DNA of 63,227 bases, filler included, from Salisapilia sapeloensis CBS 127946 (lineage: Eukaryota; Protista; Oomycota): the NCBI GenBank assembly GCA_023334545.1. It is 9 parts of 9 records of this genome, joined end to end, with 100 filler letters (N's around TTAATTAATTAA, not from the genome) between each part and the next. Parts side by side here need not be neighbours in the genome. Positions count along the whole stretch, not along the records: positions 36,968 to 44,766 come from JAADVB010000508.1; positions 44,867 to 63,227 come from JAADVB010000321.1; 7 more parts are not named here. One strand, written 5' to 3'. The position numbers were made by a program, and so were the translations under genes. The notes under the pieces are model-generated. The model saw nothing but the letters and a program-made list of their open reading frames with translations. It was not told the DNA's origin and ran no database searches. Below are positions 43,773 through 55,013 of the stretch, piece after piece; position 1 is the first letter of the stretch, and each line of letters starts with the position of its first letter.

Positions 43773-44700
43773 CTACTGGTCTTCCCCAAATGTGAAAGAC
43801 CTTGTGTCACCCTCCCTAACAGCATTAAGGGTGACCGGGGCAGGTGCCCGACACTCACAAGCGTAGTGTCCCTTCTTCAGACAACGGAGGCATTTCACCT
43901 GCTTTGACCCTTTCGAAGCTTGCTTGCGTTGGCTCTGACTCGTCGTCAGAGCGTCGATAGCCATCGGCTCGGGACCACTTTGACCCGTAGGGTTGTTCAG
44001 CCAATTCGGTAGCTGTTGCCCATACGCCTGGCGCTCCGTGTAGTTTTCGTCCAGCGCCAGGCGAATCACTTCCTCGAGAGTATCCGGACGACGACGGAAT
44101 AGTTCCTTCTTGACTGGTCCGTCGTTGAGGCCCTGCACGAAAAGGAGGACATGAGTTGTCATGTCAAGTGGTGCCTTTCGGATACATGACACCATGTATC
44201 GCACCTGATGACAAAACTCAGTCAAGGCCTGCTTGCCTTGCTTGATCCGCAGGAGTTCAGAACGAACGCGAAGTTCGTTCTCCGGTGGCTCGAACGTTAG
44301 CTCAAGTTCATGCTTGAGCTCGGCAATCGTGGGGAAGCAAGACGGGTCAGCGAGACGCCGACCATAGGCCCAATTTTTGGCCTGATCCTTCAAGCACGAC
44401 ATCATGAATGCCACTTGCAAGAATGGATCACTGATGTTCCGTGCAGCGATAGCAGTCTCTGCTTCCACGAACCAGCGTTGGAGGGGCATCTATCCAGCGC
44501 CTCCATACGGTGAGACCGGGATCTTCAAACCCCGAAGATTTCGGTGTTGCACTCGGTGCGGCCCGTGCCGTCACTGTTTCCGAGTGTAGCCACTCGACCG
44601 CCGCCCTTCGGTGGTCTTCCTCTGCAACGGGAAGTTACATGAATGTATCCCAAGCTGGGGTAACATTCCGGATCTTGAAGTGGGTCCTTGTATTAGAGCA
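43773..44700 (-). pseudogene. Gag (stop at 44490-44492, frameshift and further stop upstream)
   Basis: LKIPVSPYGG*MPLQRWF..AFMMSCLKDQAKNW, LFVQGLNDGPVK and the zinc knuckle CLRCLKKGHYACEC. Confidence 0.85.
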
Positions 44701-44766
44701 TGTGATGCAAATACAAAGGTACAAGGAACACGAATGGTCGTTAGGCCTTTCCATACTAAGATGAAG

Positions 44767-44866
44767 NNNNNNNNNNNNNNNNNNNNNNNNNNNNNNNNNN
44801 NNNNNNNNNNTTAATTAATTAANNNNNNNNNNNNNNNNNNNNNNNNNNNNNNNNNNNNNNNNNNNN
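44767..44866. other. Artificial contig spacer
   Basis: 44 N + TTAATTAATTAA + 44 N. Confidence 0.98.
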
Positions 44867-44867
44867 A

Positions 44868-45206
44868 ATGCTCTTTATGGGCTTATACGCCTCATTCTTG
44901 ATTCGACATGTATCTGCAGATTTCCAAGAAGCCATTTGGATCTTTGCATCAAGCGTCGTTGTACTACTGGGATGTCTGGTCATCTTACCATTGGCGTATA
45001 TGGTAAATATGCCAGCAACAAGCTTGCTTAGTTTCTTGACAGGATCAACCTTTCTGTGCACAGCCCTTGTTATGGGGCTCATGCTAGCACCAAAATTTAT
45101 GCGAATTAAGGAGCTATCATATATATCAAGCGTAACAGCAACCTCAGGTGTTCCCAAGACATCACATACAACTCAGATGCCTGATTCAACACAAGCAGAA
45201 GACTAA
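44868..45206 (+). CDS. Class C (GABA-B-like, 7tm_3) GPCR, last TM helices (5'-truncated)
   Basis: IRHVSADFQEAIWI (RxVxxxFxE loop) and the final helix ending LAPKF are typical of 7tm_3 TM5-7. Confidence 0.65.
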   Translation: MLFMGLYASFLIRHVSADFQEAIWIFASSVVVLLGCLVILPLAYMVNMPATSLLSFLTGSTFLCTALVMGLMLAPKFMRIKELSYISSVTATSGVPKTSHTTQMPDSTQAED

Positions 45207-45947
45207 TGCACAAGATTAGCACGCAATACGGATAATAAGCGAATACTAAAGAGCATACATCTGCTAGACAAACGAAAGGTTAATACACTACATCACTGCT
45301 ACAATTCCACCAGCTAAGTCTATCGTTATACCATTAAATATGAATTGAGGACCCCAATGCCAAATTGTTCGGCCGTGCTCACGTTGGCTACCGATTTGTA
45401 ATATTAGCATCCAGCTTTTTTATTTTACTCCTGAAAATCGGATCGGGCAGTTCCGCGTTCGTTAAGAATAAACGATTTTGTTTTCTATATGGTAGGTGGC
45501 AAAACAAATGCAACACATCAATAGGGACTTTCAGACTTCGCCATCTCTGGGATGAAATTACCCGAGGGATGACAATATCGATTAGAAGGGTTTTAGTTCT
45601 GGGCTACCTTTGTATGCTGCTCAGAAATCACACCTATCGGCTATACTGGTCAACTGCCTCTCTCAAGCAGCATACCAGCATTCATACTGATATTAGAGCC
45701 AAGCAAGCTCTTGTGAGAAACGATAGTCGCGGACTCCAATGCTTGCTTATCAAGTAGATACTAGACAATAACAACGAAACCGATTCTTTAATTTTAATTT
45801 GACAGACAGCTAGATTTTTTTCTATGCCCGCATAGACTCCTTGTGTCAATTTAATCTTCCATACATGTGCATTGCTTAAAGTCGAAGCACTGATGTGCCT
45901 CTATGCTGTGACTGCACGCGCATGACAATCTCGGGCAGCAATCGACC

Positions 45948-46500
45948 CTTCAAGTACACGGTGTACCTTGAACGGTCGTGGACATCTTTTGGGCTTTTAG
46001 AGACGAAGGAATGGCATGTAGACACTCTAGACCAGCCCACTAGGCATTTCTGAGCATGCTCTATTCGTATAGGCCAAAGAAAAGAAATTGATTTTGAAAA
46101 AGAATTGGTGGCCGATTTGGTCGCTACCTCGTGATCCTCGCTCGAGGATGTTGTGTTAGTGGCTTGGCTCTTCCGAGGCATACAACAACCTAGTCACTAT
46201 AAGCAACGAGGCTGGTTGTAAGAAAAAGGTTGCGAATTCTGGAGACTAGCTTTTTGTATGTCCTCGCTCACGCGCTGGTCAATCGAACGCTATACAGCCA
46301 GGAAGCCAAGTTGCGAGCTCGCGAGTCGACGAAAAATTCTTGTCCATCAATTTCCCAATTTTGGCCTAGGCGAATAGAGCGTATTCAAAAGCGTCCAGTA
46401 AGATGACCTAGAGGCCCTACGTGTGCTTCCTTGCCTCATAAGAGCTCACTGAAAACCGATCCACCTTTTCAAGCTCGCTTTGATGATGAAGTTTTGTAGA
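45948..46500. mobile_element. Non-autonomous long-TIR (foldback/MITE-like) element, same family as 10062..10481
   Basis: About 45948..46130 aligns to the reverse complement of about 46300..46500 (e.g. GCTCTATTCG..AGGCCAAA / TTTGGCCT..CGAATAGAGC; AAGGAATGGCATGTAG). The core aligns to the reverse strand of 10290..10450. Ends are approximate and no TSD was resolved. Confidence 0.7.
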
Positions 46501-47217
46501 GGTGCTTGAGAGTAATATCATTGCACGCCAATGGCAAAAATGTCGTCCCAAGATATTTCTACGTGTACCGTATCGGTAGCAGGACTGGTCAAAAAGACAT
46601 TTTTATTCAGTTCACTCAAGCGATAATAATAAATACATAAATGTGTAGATTGATCTGTGAACTTGCATGTAAAACATCTTTGATCGAAGTTTCGAGTAGG
46701 AAACTGAGCTTAAACTCCGAAAACGAAATGATCAATGAATTAGACTATATTTTATCCTTTTCCTTTGCGCAGCCGTGGCTTCTACAGCTAGATTACTGGT
46801 ATTGGAACCCTTTCGCATCTACAGCGCTCAGAGTGAGGTGGACTGATTTAGAACCTCTTTTAGGTGTACAAAGAAGCGATATGGAGGCAGTCCATCAAGA
46901 AGTGGATTGCACTTTATGTACGACCAACAGATAGTAGACTGCGCTGTTTGCTGCTCTCCATGATTTGCACAAGTGACTGGATATACAGCTTTGCGGACGG
47001 AGTCAATACTAAGACATTGTATATTCATTGACTACGATATCAACTCTCCTTTTTCGCTTCAAGCAAAACCGAATACATCTCCTTGTTAAAGACAACACCA
47101 ACAAATCATTCAACAGGTCTTGCGTTTCATCTCAACAAAAACCCAAAGCAGACACTACTTTCCTTTCAAGTACAGGTAAAACAGACTTTGAAATATATTC
47201 ACATGGATAAACTCGAA

Positions 47218-48537
47218 TTAAATCGTCACTATGATGTCTCCACTCGAGTTGCGTTCTGGGAGCGTAACCTCGGTAGCCTTTCGAGCAGTTGGACGCTCGG
47301 ATTTAGGCGAGCTTTGGCCAAGTCCAAAGGATACAAGACTGGCATATTCGACATTTCCCAGATTAATATCGGACATTGAACTGGTTTCTAGTGAATAACT
47401 CCTCAGAGTCAAACTGGTAGCATCTTCCATCGATGCTTTCAAGTCATCACGAATGCACACATCTGCACTCATGCCACGTGCATTAAGGACGCATCCCTTG
47501 CAGAACGAAAAGTTCTTCGCCTTCAAGTTATCCCGATCGATATGGAGAATGATGCGCCGGCGAACCTTACATCGACCGCATAGTTGCTGATGGCAAATGA
47601 CGCAGATGCCGTGGCTGATCCAAGACTTGCCAGATCCACACCGACCAGCACAATCTGATGTTAATGAATCGGTGGATGCCGATCTATTCTTAAAAGCTCG
47701 TTGCATCATCCAGTGAAGCTTTCGGGACAACCCGGCCTCAGCGAGTTGGGCAGAAGTCGCAAGGAACATGGTCACCGCTTTTGTCGATGCGATTTCCGGA
47801 ATCGATCCCATTGTCGCTAGAAATCCAGAATGATAGATTTCAACAAAGTTCGGGTCAAACTGACGTCTGAGGTAGCAGAATGAGCCTTGGGCTCGCACGC
47901 ATCCATTGTTCTTTACGGTCTCACGAATATCGATCGAATGTGCGATGAAGTAGCCAATTTGTTCCCCGTCTCTTCCTTCAGTCATCCCCATTTTAAAGAG
48001 CATTAGAACGTCTCTCACGTCGATGAAAGGGATGATCGTGTTGCCCATCGTTAACCACATGATAGCAGCTGCCTCATACGGTTTCTCCGTCGTCGGTGTT
48101 GTGATCGTGTGCAAGTATCTGGTGTTCACCAAGTTGTCTCCAACAAACATCGATCGAGCGTTCCATTCCATTGCTGTAGCTGACAGATCACCGTACTGGA
48201 AGTCAGCTACTGTTCCTGGTACTTTGCCAACGAGAAGAAACTTCGGGACCGATTGGCTCGGGTCAATGATCTTATAGCCACCCTGAGGTTTCTTGAGGAT
48301 ACGAGGATCTTCACGCGTGCGCTTCCGATCTTGGAACATTTGCCAGTGGTCAACGCGTTGGACAGGTTTCCAGAAAGTAGTGTCCACTTGCCGATTGCGT
48401 TTGCCTCGATAGTCGTCGAACTCGTCTATTGTTTGTTGCAGGATTTCTTCCGCCATGTTATTTATTAAAGCTTCAGACTCTGGGCGTAGCGTGATGCCTT
48501 TGGGAGCATCGGCCAAAATTTTTTCCATGGTTGGCAT
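47218..48537 (-). CDS. START-like domain + FYVE-like zinc finger protein (oomycete-expanded family)
   Basis: 439 aa. The N-terminal helix-grip-like region (W..V, DVRD.L...MG...GEQIGY..AHSI) is followed by CAGRC..CVICHQQLCGRC..FCKGC. Confidence 0.75.
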   Translation of the reverse strand: MPTMEKILADAPKGITLRPESEALINNMAEEILQQTIDEFDDYRGKRNRQVDTTFWKPVQRVDHWQMFQDRKRTREDPRILKKPQGGYKIIDPSQSVPKFLLVGKVPGTVADFQYGDLSATAMEWNARSMFVGDNLVNTRYLHTITTPTTEKPYEAAAIMWLTMGNTIIPFIDVRDVLMLFKMGMTEGRDGEQIGYFIAHSIDIRETVKNNGCVRAQGSFCYLRRQFDPNFVEIYHSGFLATMGSIPEIASTKAVTMFLATSAQLAEAGLSRKLHWMMQRAFKNRSASTDSLTSDCAGRCGSGKSWISHGICVICHQQLCGRCKVRRRIILHIDRDNLKAKNFSFCKGCVLNARGMSADVCIRDDLKASMEDATSLTLRSYSLETSSMSDINLGNVEYASLVSFGLGQSSPKSERPTARKATEVTLPERNSSGDIIVTI

Positions 48538-50756
48538 CGTGCAGTAGAGTACGGAAGTTCTTCAGCGAGCAGCAAGTTGTAAAATGGCAGGATGACAGGA
48601 AGTGAATGGTACGAAAGCATGAACAAGTTTATCACTTCGGATCAGTGTATCATCCAGGGAATCATACATTTCCTTCCGACCAGCTTTACCTACCTCTACA
48701 CACTGTCGCCATTGACATAAAGTATCCTTAGTCACGATGCACATGTGGTAACTTTAAACCTGCATGTTAACAATCTGGTCCGACGATGGTGCATAAGTAT
48801 TCAAGTCTAAACAAACTTTACTACTCGATGCAAGCATCTTTTTAAGTAGATTGAGTAACAGTCTATTAGGTTAAACCAAAGATGTGTGGGATACTTATAT
48901 ACCATGAGTTATCTGGTTTTTCGCATTCTATGTGCTCCAGTAAAAAGTGATGGGACCGCTATCTGAGCTGATGCAGGATAGCCAACAGCATCATCTGACC
49001 TTTGCTCATGACCACTCAACCAGATGTGTAAGTCGCGTTGCTCTAGACCATGCAGACACTTTTTGACCTACAAGTTTGTGTCTTAGTCTTGAACTCAAGA
49101 CATGAACAATGATTGAAACTGTGTAGGTATCTAAAAATGGATATGCCACCGACTATATCGTACTGAAGGCAAAGAGCTTCAGCTACACAGGGTTCGTACA
49201 CCTGATGCTACATGACCAGCAAATCTTCGAATGATTGCCTAGCATGAAATTGTACTCGAGGGCTGCTCAAGTGCTCAAACATATCAAAACTGGATCTTGT
49301 TCATGCCTTAGTAATGCATCCCACCGATACGATGTCTCGATCAGTGGTAAGTTTGCTTTCTTGTACTAGTCGCTACTCTGCAAATATGCAGACAGTGGAA
49401 GTTTAGCGAGAAAATGAAGAAGATAGAGTTCAGTCCTAGTAACGTCCCTCGCGGTCTAGAGCATGTCCAACTTAGTGGTCAAGTGAAACGCAACTGCTGC
49501 GGCTGCTTGCACGATGGTATGGCTTACTTCCACCACTACAGAGTGGTTTAGTGTACTATACCTCATCCGTCGCGTCAGACGATTTGTAGCATGATGCCAG
49601 CATAGCTATTTATAAGTTTCTGAAGTGGGTAGCGTGATCTATTATTTCAATTATAGGAAGTCTCGGTATAGCAAAAGACATGTTCCTCCATACTTCGTCA
49701 ATATTGATAACTTCTAAAACAATATATGGTATCCCAGTTTGTTATGCATTGCAGACTTTCAATTCTCCGCTTCTCATGGATGCAATTGGATGTGATATAA
49801 GAGAGTTCAGTTTTTGTGAATCCATTCATTCATTATCATCGCCATCAATATTCTTTGTTTAAGGTCAAGCAACTCAGAGTAACTTTGTTTTCTACAGTAA
49901 AAAATTCTTCAATTAGTATGAATTACTCGCAGCAATCAAGCTCTTGCTTGTTTGTCTACTGCAGCCCGTAGGGCCAGTTGAAGCAAAGAGAAACGCTAGG
50001 AAATGCCTCCTGCACGAACGATGGATTTATTACCTCGCCTTGTTGATTGAAGATGATGATGAGGATGCACAAGTCAGGTCGAAGAAACCCACGAAGTACG
50101 ATAGTGTACATGTATCGGGTTACTTACAGCTCGCCCATATCGTGAGTGACTACGTATCCTCCGCATTGCGTACACATCGAGGAATTCCAAGTGCAGCTAC
50201 GCCCTCTACTGTACCTTAGTCGTCATTTGTTGCAGCGTGAGCAACGCAGTTTGCATCGACTTCAAATGTACAGGAGGCAATCCTACGGATGTGATACACG
50301 ATTGAAGTGTTACTTCAAGAACCATAGAGTATCTGGTGACTGAGTGAAAGCTAGCAGAACGACTCAAAGCGTACTAGTTCATCCTTATATCCAGTTTCTT
50401 TGTTGTCGTTTTGAAAATAAAAAAGATGTCCGGTGGCTTTCCAGTCTTGACGTCCATCGTTCATTGTAGGCAGGTTCAAGTAGGAAGCAAACGACTAGAT
50501 CAGAAAGATTTATCGCTTCGTCTGCTGTAAAGGACGGACGAGCGATATAAGACATTTAAGCACAAATCTATTTTAAGCTCCGAAAGAGTGGCTCCATCCA
50601 GATCAGGAGTTCTGAAAGTATTACTTTTACATGTTACAATCCGAGGGTTCGTAATCCGTTTCTAGAGGTACTCGAGTGGAAATCTTGACCACCCCTGAGG
50701 ATAAATCGACCCCTTCTCATCCGTCCAAAGCGCTCCAGTAGAGACAACGTCCAAGG

Positions 50757-51319
50757 ATGCTCCTATCGCGTATTTCTCGATGCTGGACAAGGATTGAGAA
50801 GCAGTCGAACTTGTCGACACTGCCCATCTTGTCGCAAACATATCGGTGTCTCAGTAGCAGTAAAGTACCCATTGAGCTCGATGAAAAAGACCTGGACGAA
50901 TCCTTCGTGAAAGGCTCTGGTGCGTAAATTATCCGTTCCCCTCCATATCCATGAGCTTAGCTGCGATGCGCCTAGGTAAAGGAGGTCAGAAGATCAACAA
51001 GGTACGCAACTGCGTGCTATTGAAACATTATCCGACTGGGATCGTCATTCGATGTCAGAAGACAAGGTCGTTGGATGACAATCGTCGAGTAGCCCGCAAA
51101 TTGCTTAAAGAGAAACTCGATCACCATTATAACGGTGCCGATAGTACTCGTAGTCAAAAGATTGACAAGCTAAGAAAAAAGAAAGCCAAGAAGCATGCAA
51201 AAGCAAAGAAAAAGCATTCGAGTGATATCCTATCAGACGACGAAACGGAAGACGGACAAGATGCTACACAAACTAATCTAGACAACGAGGAGACTAAAGT
51301 AGATGAATGGAAACTTTGA
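50757..51319 (+). CDS. MTRFR: Mitochondrial translation release factor in rescue (C12orf65/MTRFR-like, RF-1 domain), 2 exons
   Basis: Exons 50757-50919 and 50976-51319. A presequence-like N-terminus precedes [45 protein letters not shown]..DNR and a Lys-rich tail. Confidence 0.85.
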
Positions 51320-51433
51320 CATGGGCGAAACTCTTTTTTATTTTCTAGCGATAATTTATCATTCGTTCCGACTGCGTGCACGTGGGCAAATGTAAAAACT
51401 TGGCAAAGCTCTATCAAAATCACAAGTACTCGC

Positions 51434-52156
51434 TTACGAGTGGGAAGTACGCATTAACGACACGTGCAATGGAGGTAGCATCGGCGGGTTCGACGAACTC
51501 GTCTGGCGATTCGTTTCAATCTTGGGCAATTTCTGGAACAAGGACGCGTGGGTGCCCAGAAGCGTCAAGCCAGGGGCAGCAACGTGGGAATATTGAGCAG
51601 ATTTCATCTGCATCGCGTCATCGATCTTGCAGCTTGCCGAGTGTGTGCGCTTGCGTCCGTGCTTGGCGGGCGAGTTCGGGGCAGATGAACGGGATCCGCC
51701 GCTTACAACGCTGCAGTTGTCATCGTCCTCGATGCTACGGATAAACGCAGCGCGGAGGGATTGCAAGTGGGATTCCGCCTGATGCTTACGAAGCTTAACG
51801 GATGGTGAGTCTCGGGCGCACGGGTAATAAGCGCTGCGGCCGATCTTGGGACTGATTTTAATACCAGCAAACAGGCATCCGGGCACGAGCTTCTTGGAAA
51901 TCCGCATCGGGTCGCAATGCAGCTGCTGGGCCAAGTAGCCACGGAGCGTCGTTCCGTACTGGATCGGGAGGAGACCGTCGCAAAAGTAGCGGATGGTCGC
52001 GGCGGCATACTCTTCCTCTGCACGCGTCCACTTGCCTCGACGCAAGGGACCGGTGAGCAAAGAGCTGCTTTGCGGCTGCCCCGAGTGCGAAGGCTCACAT
52101 AGGGCCGAGAAGGAGGGGAGCGTGGTAGTCGTTTGGTACGCGTTCGGCGTTGTCAT
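51434..52156 (-). CDS. Stramenopile-type conserved protein with a Myb-like GKWT..EE / PMRISKK domain
   Basis: LRRGKWTRAEEEYAAATIRYFCDGLL...GTTLRGYLAQQLHCDPMRISKK, flanked by low-complexity regions and a basic NLS-like GRKR. Confidence 0.75.
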   Translation of the reverse strand: MTTPNAYQTTTTLPSFSALCEPSHSGQPQSSSLLTGPLRRGKWTRAEEEYAAATIRYFCDGLLPIQYGTTLRGYLAQQLHCDPMRISKKLVPGCLFAGIKISPKIGRSAYYPCARDSPSVKLRKHQAESHLQSLRAAFIRSIEDDDNCSVVSGGSRSSAPNSPAKHGRKRTHSASCKIDDAMQMKSAQYSHVAAPGLTLLGTHASLFQKLPKIETNRQTSSSNPPMLPPLHVSLMRTSHS

Positions 52157-53367
52157 TGTTTATAGGTAGGGATCTCGGGAGATAGGAAGCAAAAGAAGAA
52201 GTGAGTGTTGTATTCGAAAGGTTTTTGCGCTTGTTGCGCGGTCGCGCCCGTCGTTCTTGATCGGGGCTACGTCTTGAAGTGCGGTCGCCAGATCATGTTC
52301 TGTATGTAACAATATCGATGGCCGGCCCGATGGAAATGCCAGGACAGTCGAGGCACGTGCGGTAGCCGTGTGGCTAGTAGTCGACAGGGCGCTGGCGTAG
52401 GACTGGAGATTTCTATATTCTTTCCATGTTCTAATAAAAACGTATCCGAGGGCTCGATGGAAGCATTTTGCACGCGATCCAACGAGCCATCAGTTGACGT
52501 GCGACGAGACGACCGCAGATGTAGCCATCTCGGGATCGCTCGGTTCGTATGAAAACGAGTGTGATGTCTGCTGAAATGCTTACTTACTCGTGTGTTTAAT
52601 AATCGAGGATGGAGTATCCAGCGTTGCAAAGCGCTGCATCTAGTAAGTGCCTCGTAACTAGTTTGTAGATTTTAAGCGAGATATATATTTGTGCATATAT
52701 TGATCCATCCAAGGTCCGAGATCTGGACAAAGAATGGAGAGTGCCAGCTGCACTGGCATTCGCAGACCATCGCTGTCGCACCTCAATTCCTCGACAAGAG
52801 TAGACGCGGGCATAAGCGTGAGAAAAATGGCGTCAGAATGGGCACCCGCTGCAGATGCGGACTGTTCTGAGAAACACTCTAGGTACGAGGATCTGAGAAA
52901 GTGTGCACGAATGAAAGCGCTTATTGACTTGGGCATGTCCTTTCAGGACAGAAGGCGGATAGTCTTGTTGAAGTGACGACAATCAAGTGACATTGCTCGC
53001 GCTCTCGCTCTCTCACATTTCGCGTTTCGAGCAGGAACTCTCTAACGAAGAGACAGAGTATCCATATCACAACACCATTTTTTGCATCTTCGATGCTTGA
53101 CAGGAACAAGAATCGCATCTGTCCATCGAATGCAAGAGCACATCCGTTCCATCCGAACTATCTGTCTCCAAATCCCAAATCTATCACGCCAAATCCGTAA
53201 AAATGATCCAAAATCCTGACGGACGCACCGGATGGAAACCCGACTTCCCGATTGAAAGTTGCGCGAAGGTTGCACATACACAAACACATTAGCGAGCAAG
53301 TGCCCACCGCAGGACGGCCCATCGGCTATATCGATCGCTTCTACCTGTGTCTAGAGAGACGCTGGAC

Positions 53368-54988
53368 ATGCCAACGTTAAATCCGAATGCCGGCGAGTTC
53401 GTCCCAAAGTACGTCTCGCCACCACTTTCGTCATATCGACTCGCATATCAGACAAGTGCGTTCTGATGGTGTATGATGGATTATAGTTTCCCGTCGACCA
53501 GTACGTCCAGCGAAGCTACTGCACCGATCACTAGTACGGGAAACAGCGACAACAAGAGATCAGATTCCACTACAACCGCTCCCACGAAAGAGATAAAGAC
53601 AGCAGCGGTACGAATCAATTTCATATATCATCCATCTACCGTGCATGCGAGCCTAGATACTCTACTAGACACATCTCCATATCTAACTGGACTCTATCGA
53701 TAGCCACATGCAGCCCAAGGATCGACTCAAACGTCTCCACCAGTACGAATTCATATTCTATAATGAATCCTAGTCACCCTCCAACCCCTTCCTCTAGGTC
53801 ATCGGCATCCATGACCACGGTCGACACACTTACTCCGTCCAAGAACTCCTCCAAGTACCTCCATCTCGCTCTTCTTCCAGTATCTCTACTAAGTACCACT
53901 ATAGTACCAACCGCTGTACCGTTCGGTCCCTCCAGGATTTAACACGACGCAAATACCGGCGAAAGCCGCGAGTACAAAGTCGAAATCCAAGCGTGGGAAT
54001 CGTCGGCATGATCAGCAACTACCGTACGACCCGACACTCGTGTGCTACTTTAATCCGAACGAGTACTCTGCTGCGATGCACATGGGTTTATTCACATCTC
54101 CTGGTACAAGTTCGACCGAATCTGCATCGAAAGACGTCAAGAAAGCAACACAGAGCCCGATTGAAGAAGCCGTGAACGCTAAACGCAAGCTCGCGACGTA
54201 TGTACTCGTCATCTGTATCTCGATTAGAGCCTCGTTCTCATCGGCATTAGGTTACTGGATGAAGTCGACGCGTCGGACGTGAACAAGTCGCTCGTGGCAT
54301 GTGAAGATCTAGTCATCACATGTCCCGAGACGCTCACACAAGTCACACACATCCTCCTAGATCATGCTTTACGGCATTCTCCATCGTATGCCACTTGTAC
54401 GAATATCACAAGAATACTTTGTAATTGTATACCCATAGGGACGTATATGGACAACTCTTGACAGGCCTAGCCGACCGTCTCCCGACCTTCCAAGACGGTG
54501 TCAAGAAGATAAATTTTCGTCGGATACTCGTCACATCCTGCTACGAGGCCCTTGTCGAAACCTCGGATCTCGAGCATCCGAAAATCCGAAAAACACAGAT
54601 TTTAGGAAACGTAGAATTAGTTGCGGCGCTATTTCGACGCCAAGTCTTGCCTGAAAATGTCTTGCATGTCTGTATCGCGCTTTTATTAGAAGAAGAAGAG
54701 TCGCCAGAGCCGAAGTATATACTTGCTGCATGTCGACTCTTTACCCTCGTGGGAGATCTACTCGATGGATCAAGTCCAGCGTCGAGACGGACGATGGATG
54801 AGTACTTCGATGTGCTCCAACGTCTCGAGCAACATGCGAACATATCCGAGACTTGTAAACGACAGATTCAAGACGTATGTCCTCTATGGTATATCTCCAA
54901 GTGTCCAATACTTTTGACACGAACGTAGACGATTGCATGGCGACGGAAAGGATGGCCGAAGCGAAGACAGAGCATGGAAACGTCCTAA
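53368..54988 (+). CDS. PAM2 + eIF4E-binding-motif + MIF4G protein (compact eIF4G/PAIP1-like), 8 exons, 393 aa
   Basis: Exons 53368-53408, 53487-53607, 53704-53742, 53798-53854, 53905-54197, 54251-54385, 54439-54874 and 54929-54988 (1182 nt, phase-consistent GT-AG introns). Motifs: LNPNAGEFVP, YSVQELL and MIF4G helices (NFRRILV..CYE, LGNVELVAALF, AACRLFTLVGDLLD, WRRKGW). Confidence 0.75.
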
Positions 54989-55013
54989 GACAACATGTAT
55001 GATTCGAATGGAT

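Larger units (their letters stand above)
36968..44766 (-). mobile_element. Ty3/Gypsy chromovirus-type LTR retrotransposon, decayed; 5' LTR not in contig
   Basis: Order on the minus strand: gag (CX2CX4HX4C), protease (LVDTGA), RT (YFDDI), RNase H (DAS..ELLA..TDH..ADALSR), integrase (HHCC, D-D-E, GPF) and chromodomain, then PPT and an LTR starting TG. It carries several stops and frameshifts. Confidence 0.95.

Noticed and set aside
44626-44766. GTTACA/TGTAAC near the contig end as the 5' LTR boundary or a nested insertion
   Set aside because: No similarity to the 3' LTR stub and no PBS. The gag-like frame appears to continue through a single stop.
48540-50700. Short ORFs in a 2-kb gap, and GGTTCG at about 50645 as a tRNA T-loop
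   Set aside because: No recognisable protein motif, and no cloverleaf or A-box around the GGTTCG.
52734-53299. 80-aa ORF and ATCC/CCAAAT-rich periodic tract upstream of the MIF4G gene
   Set aside because: Low-complexity promoter or UTR-like sequence with no fixed repeat unit or coding signal.
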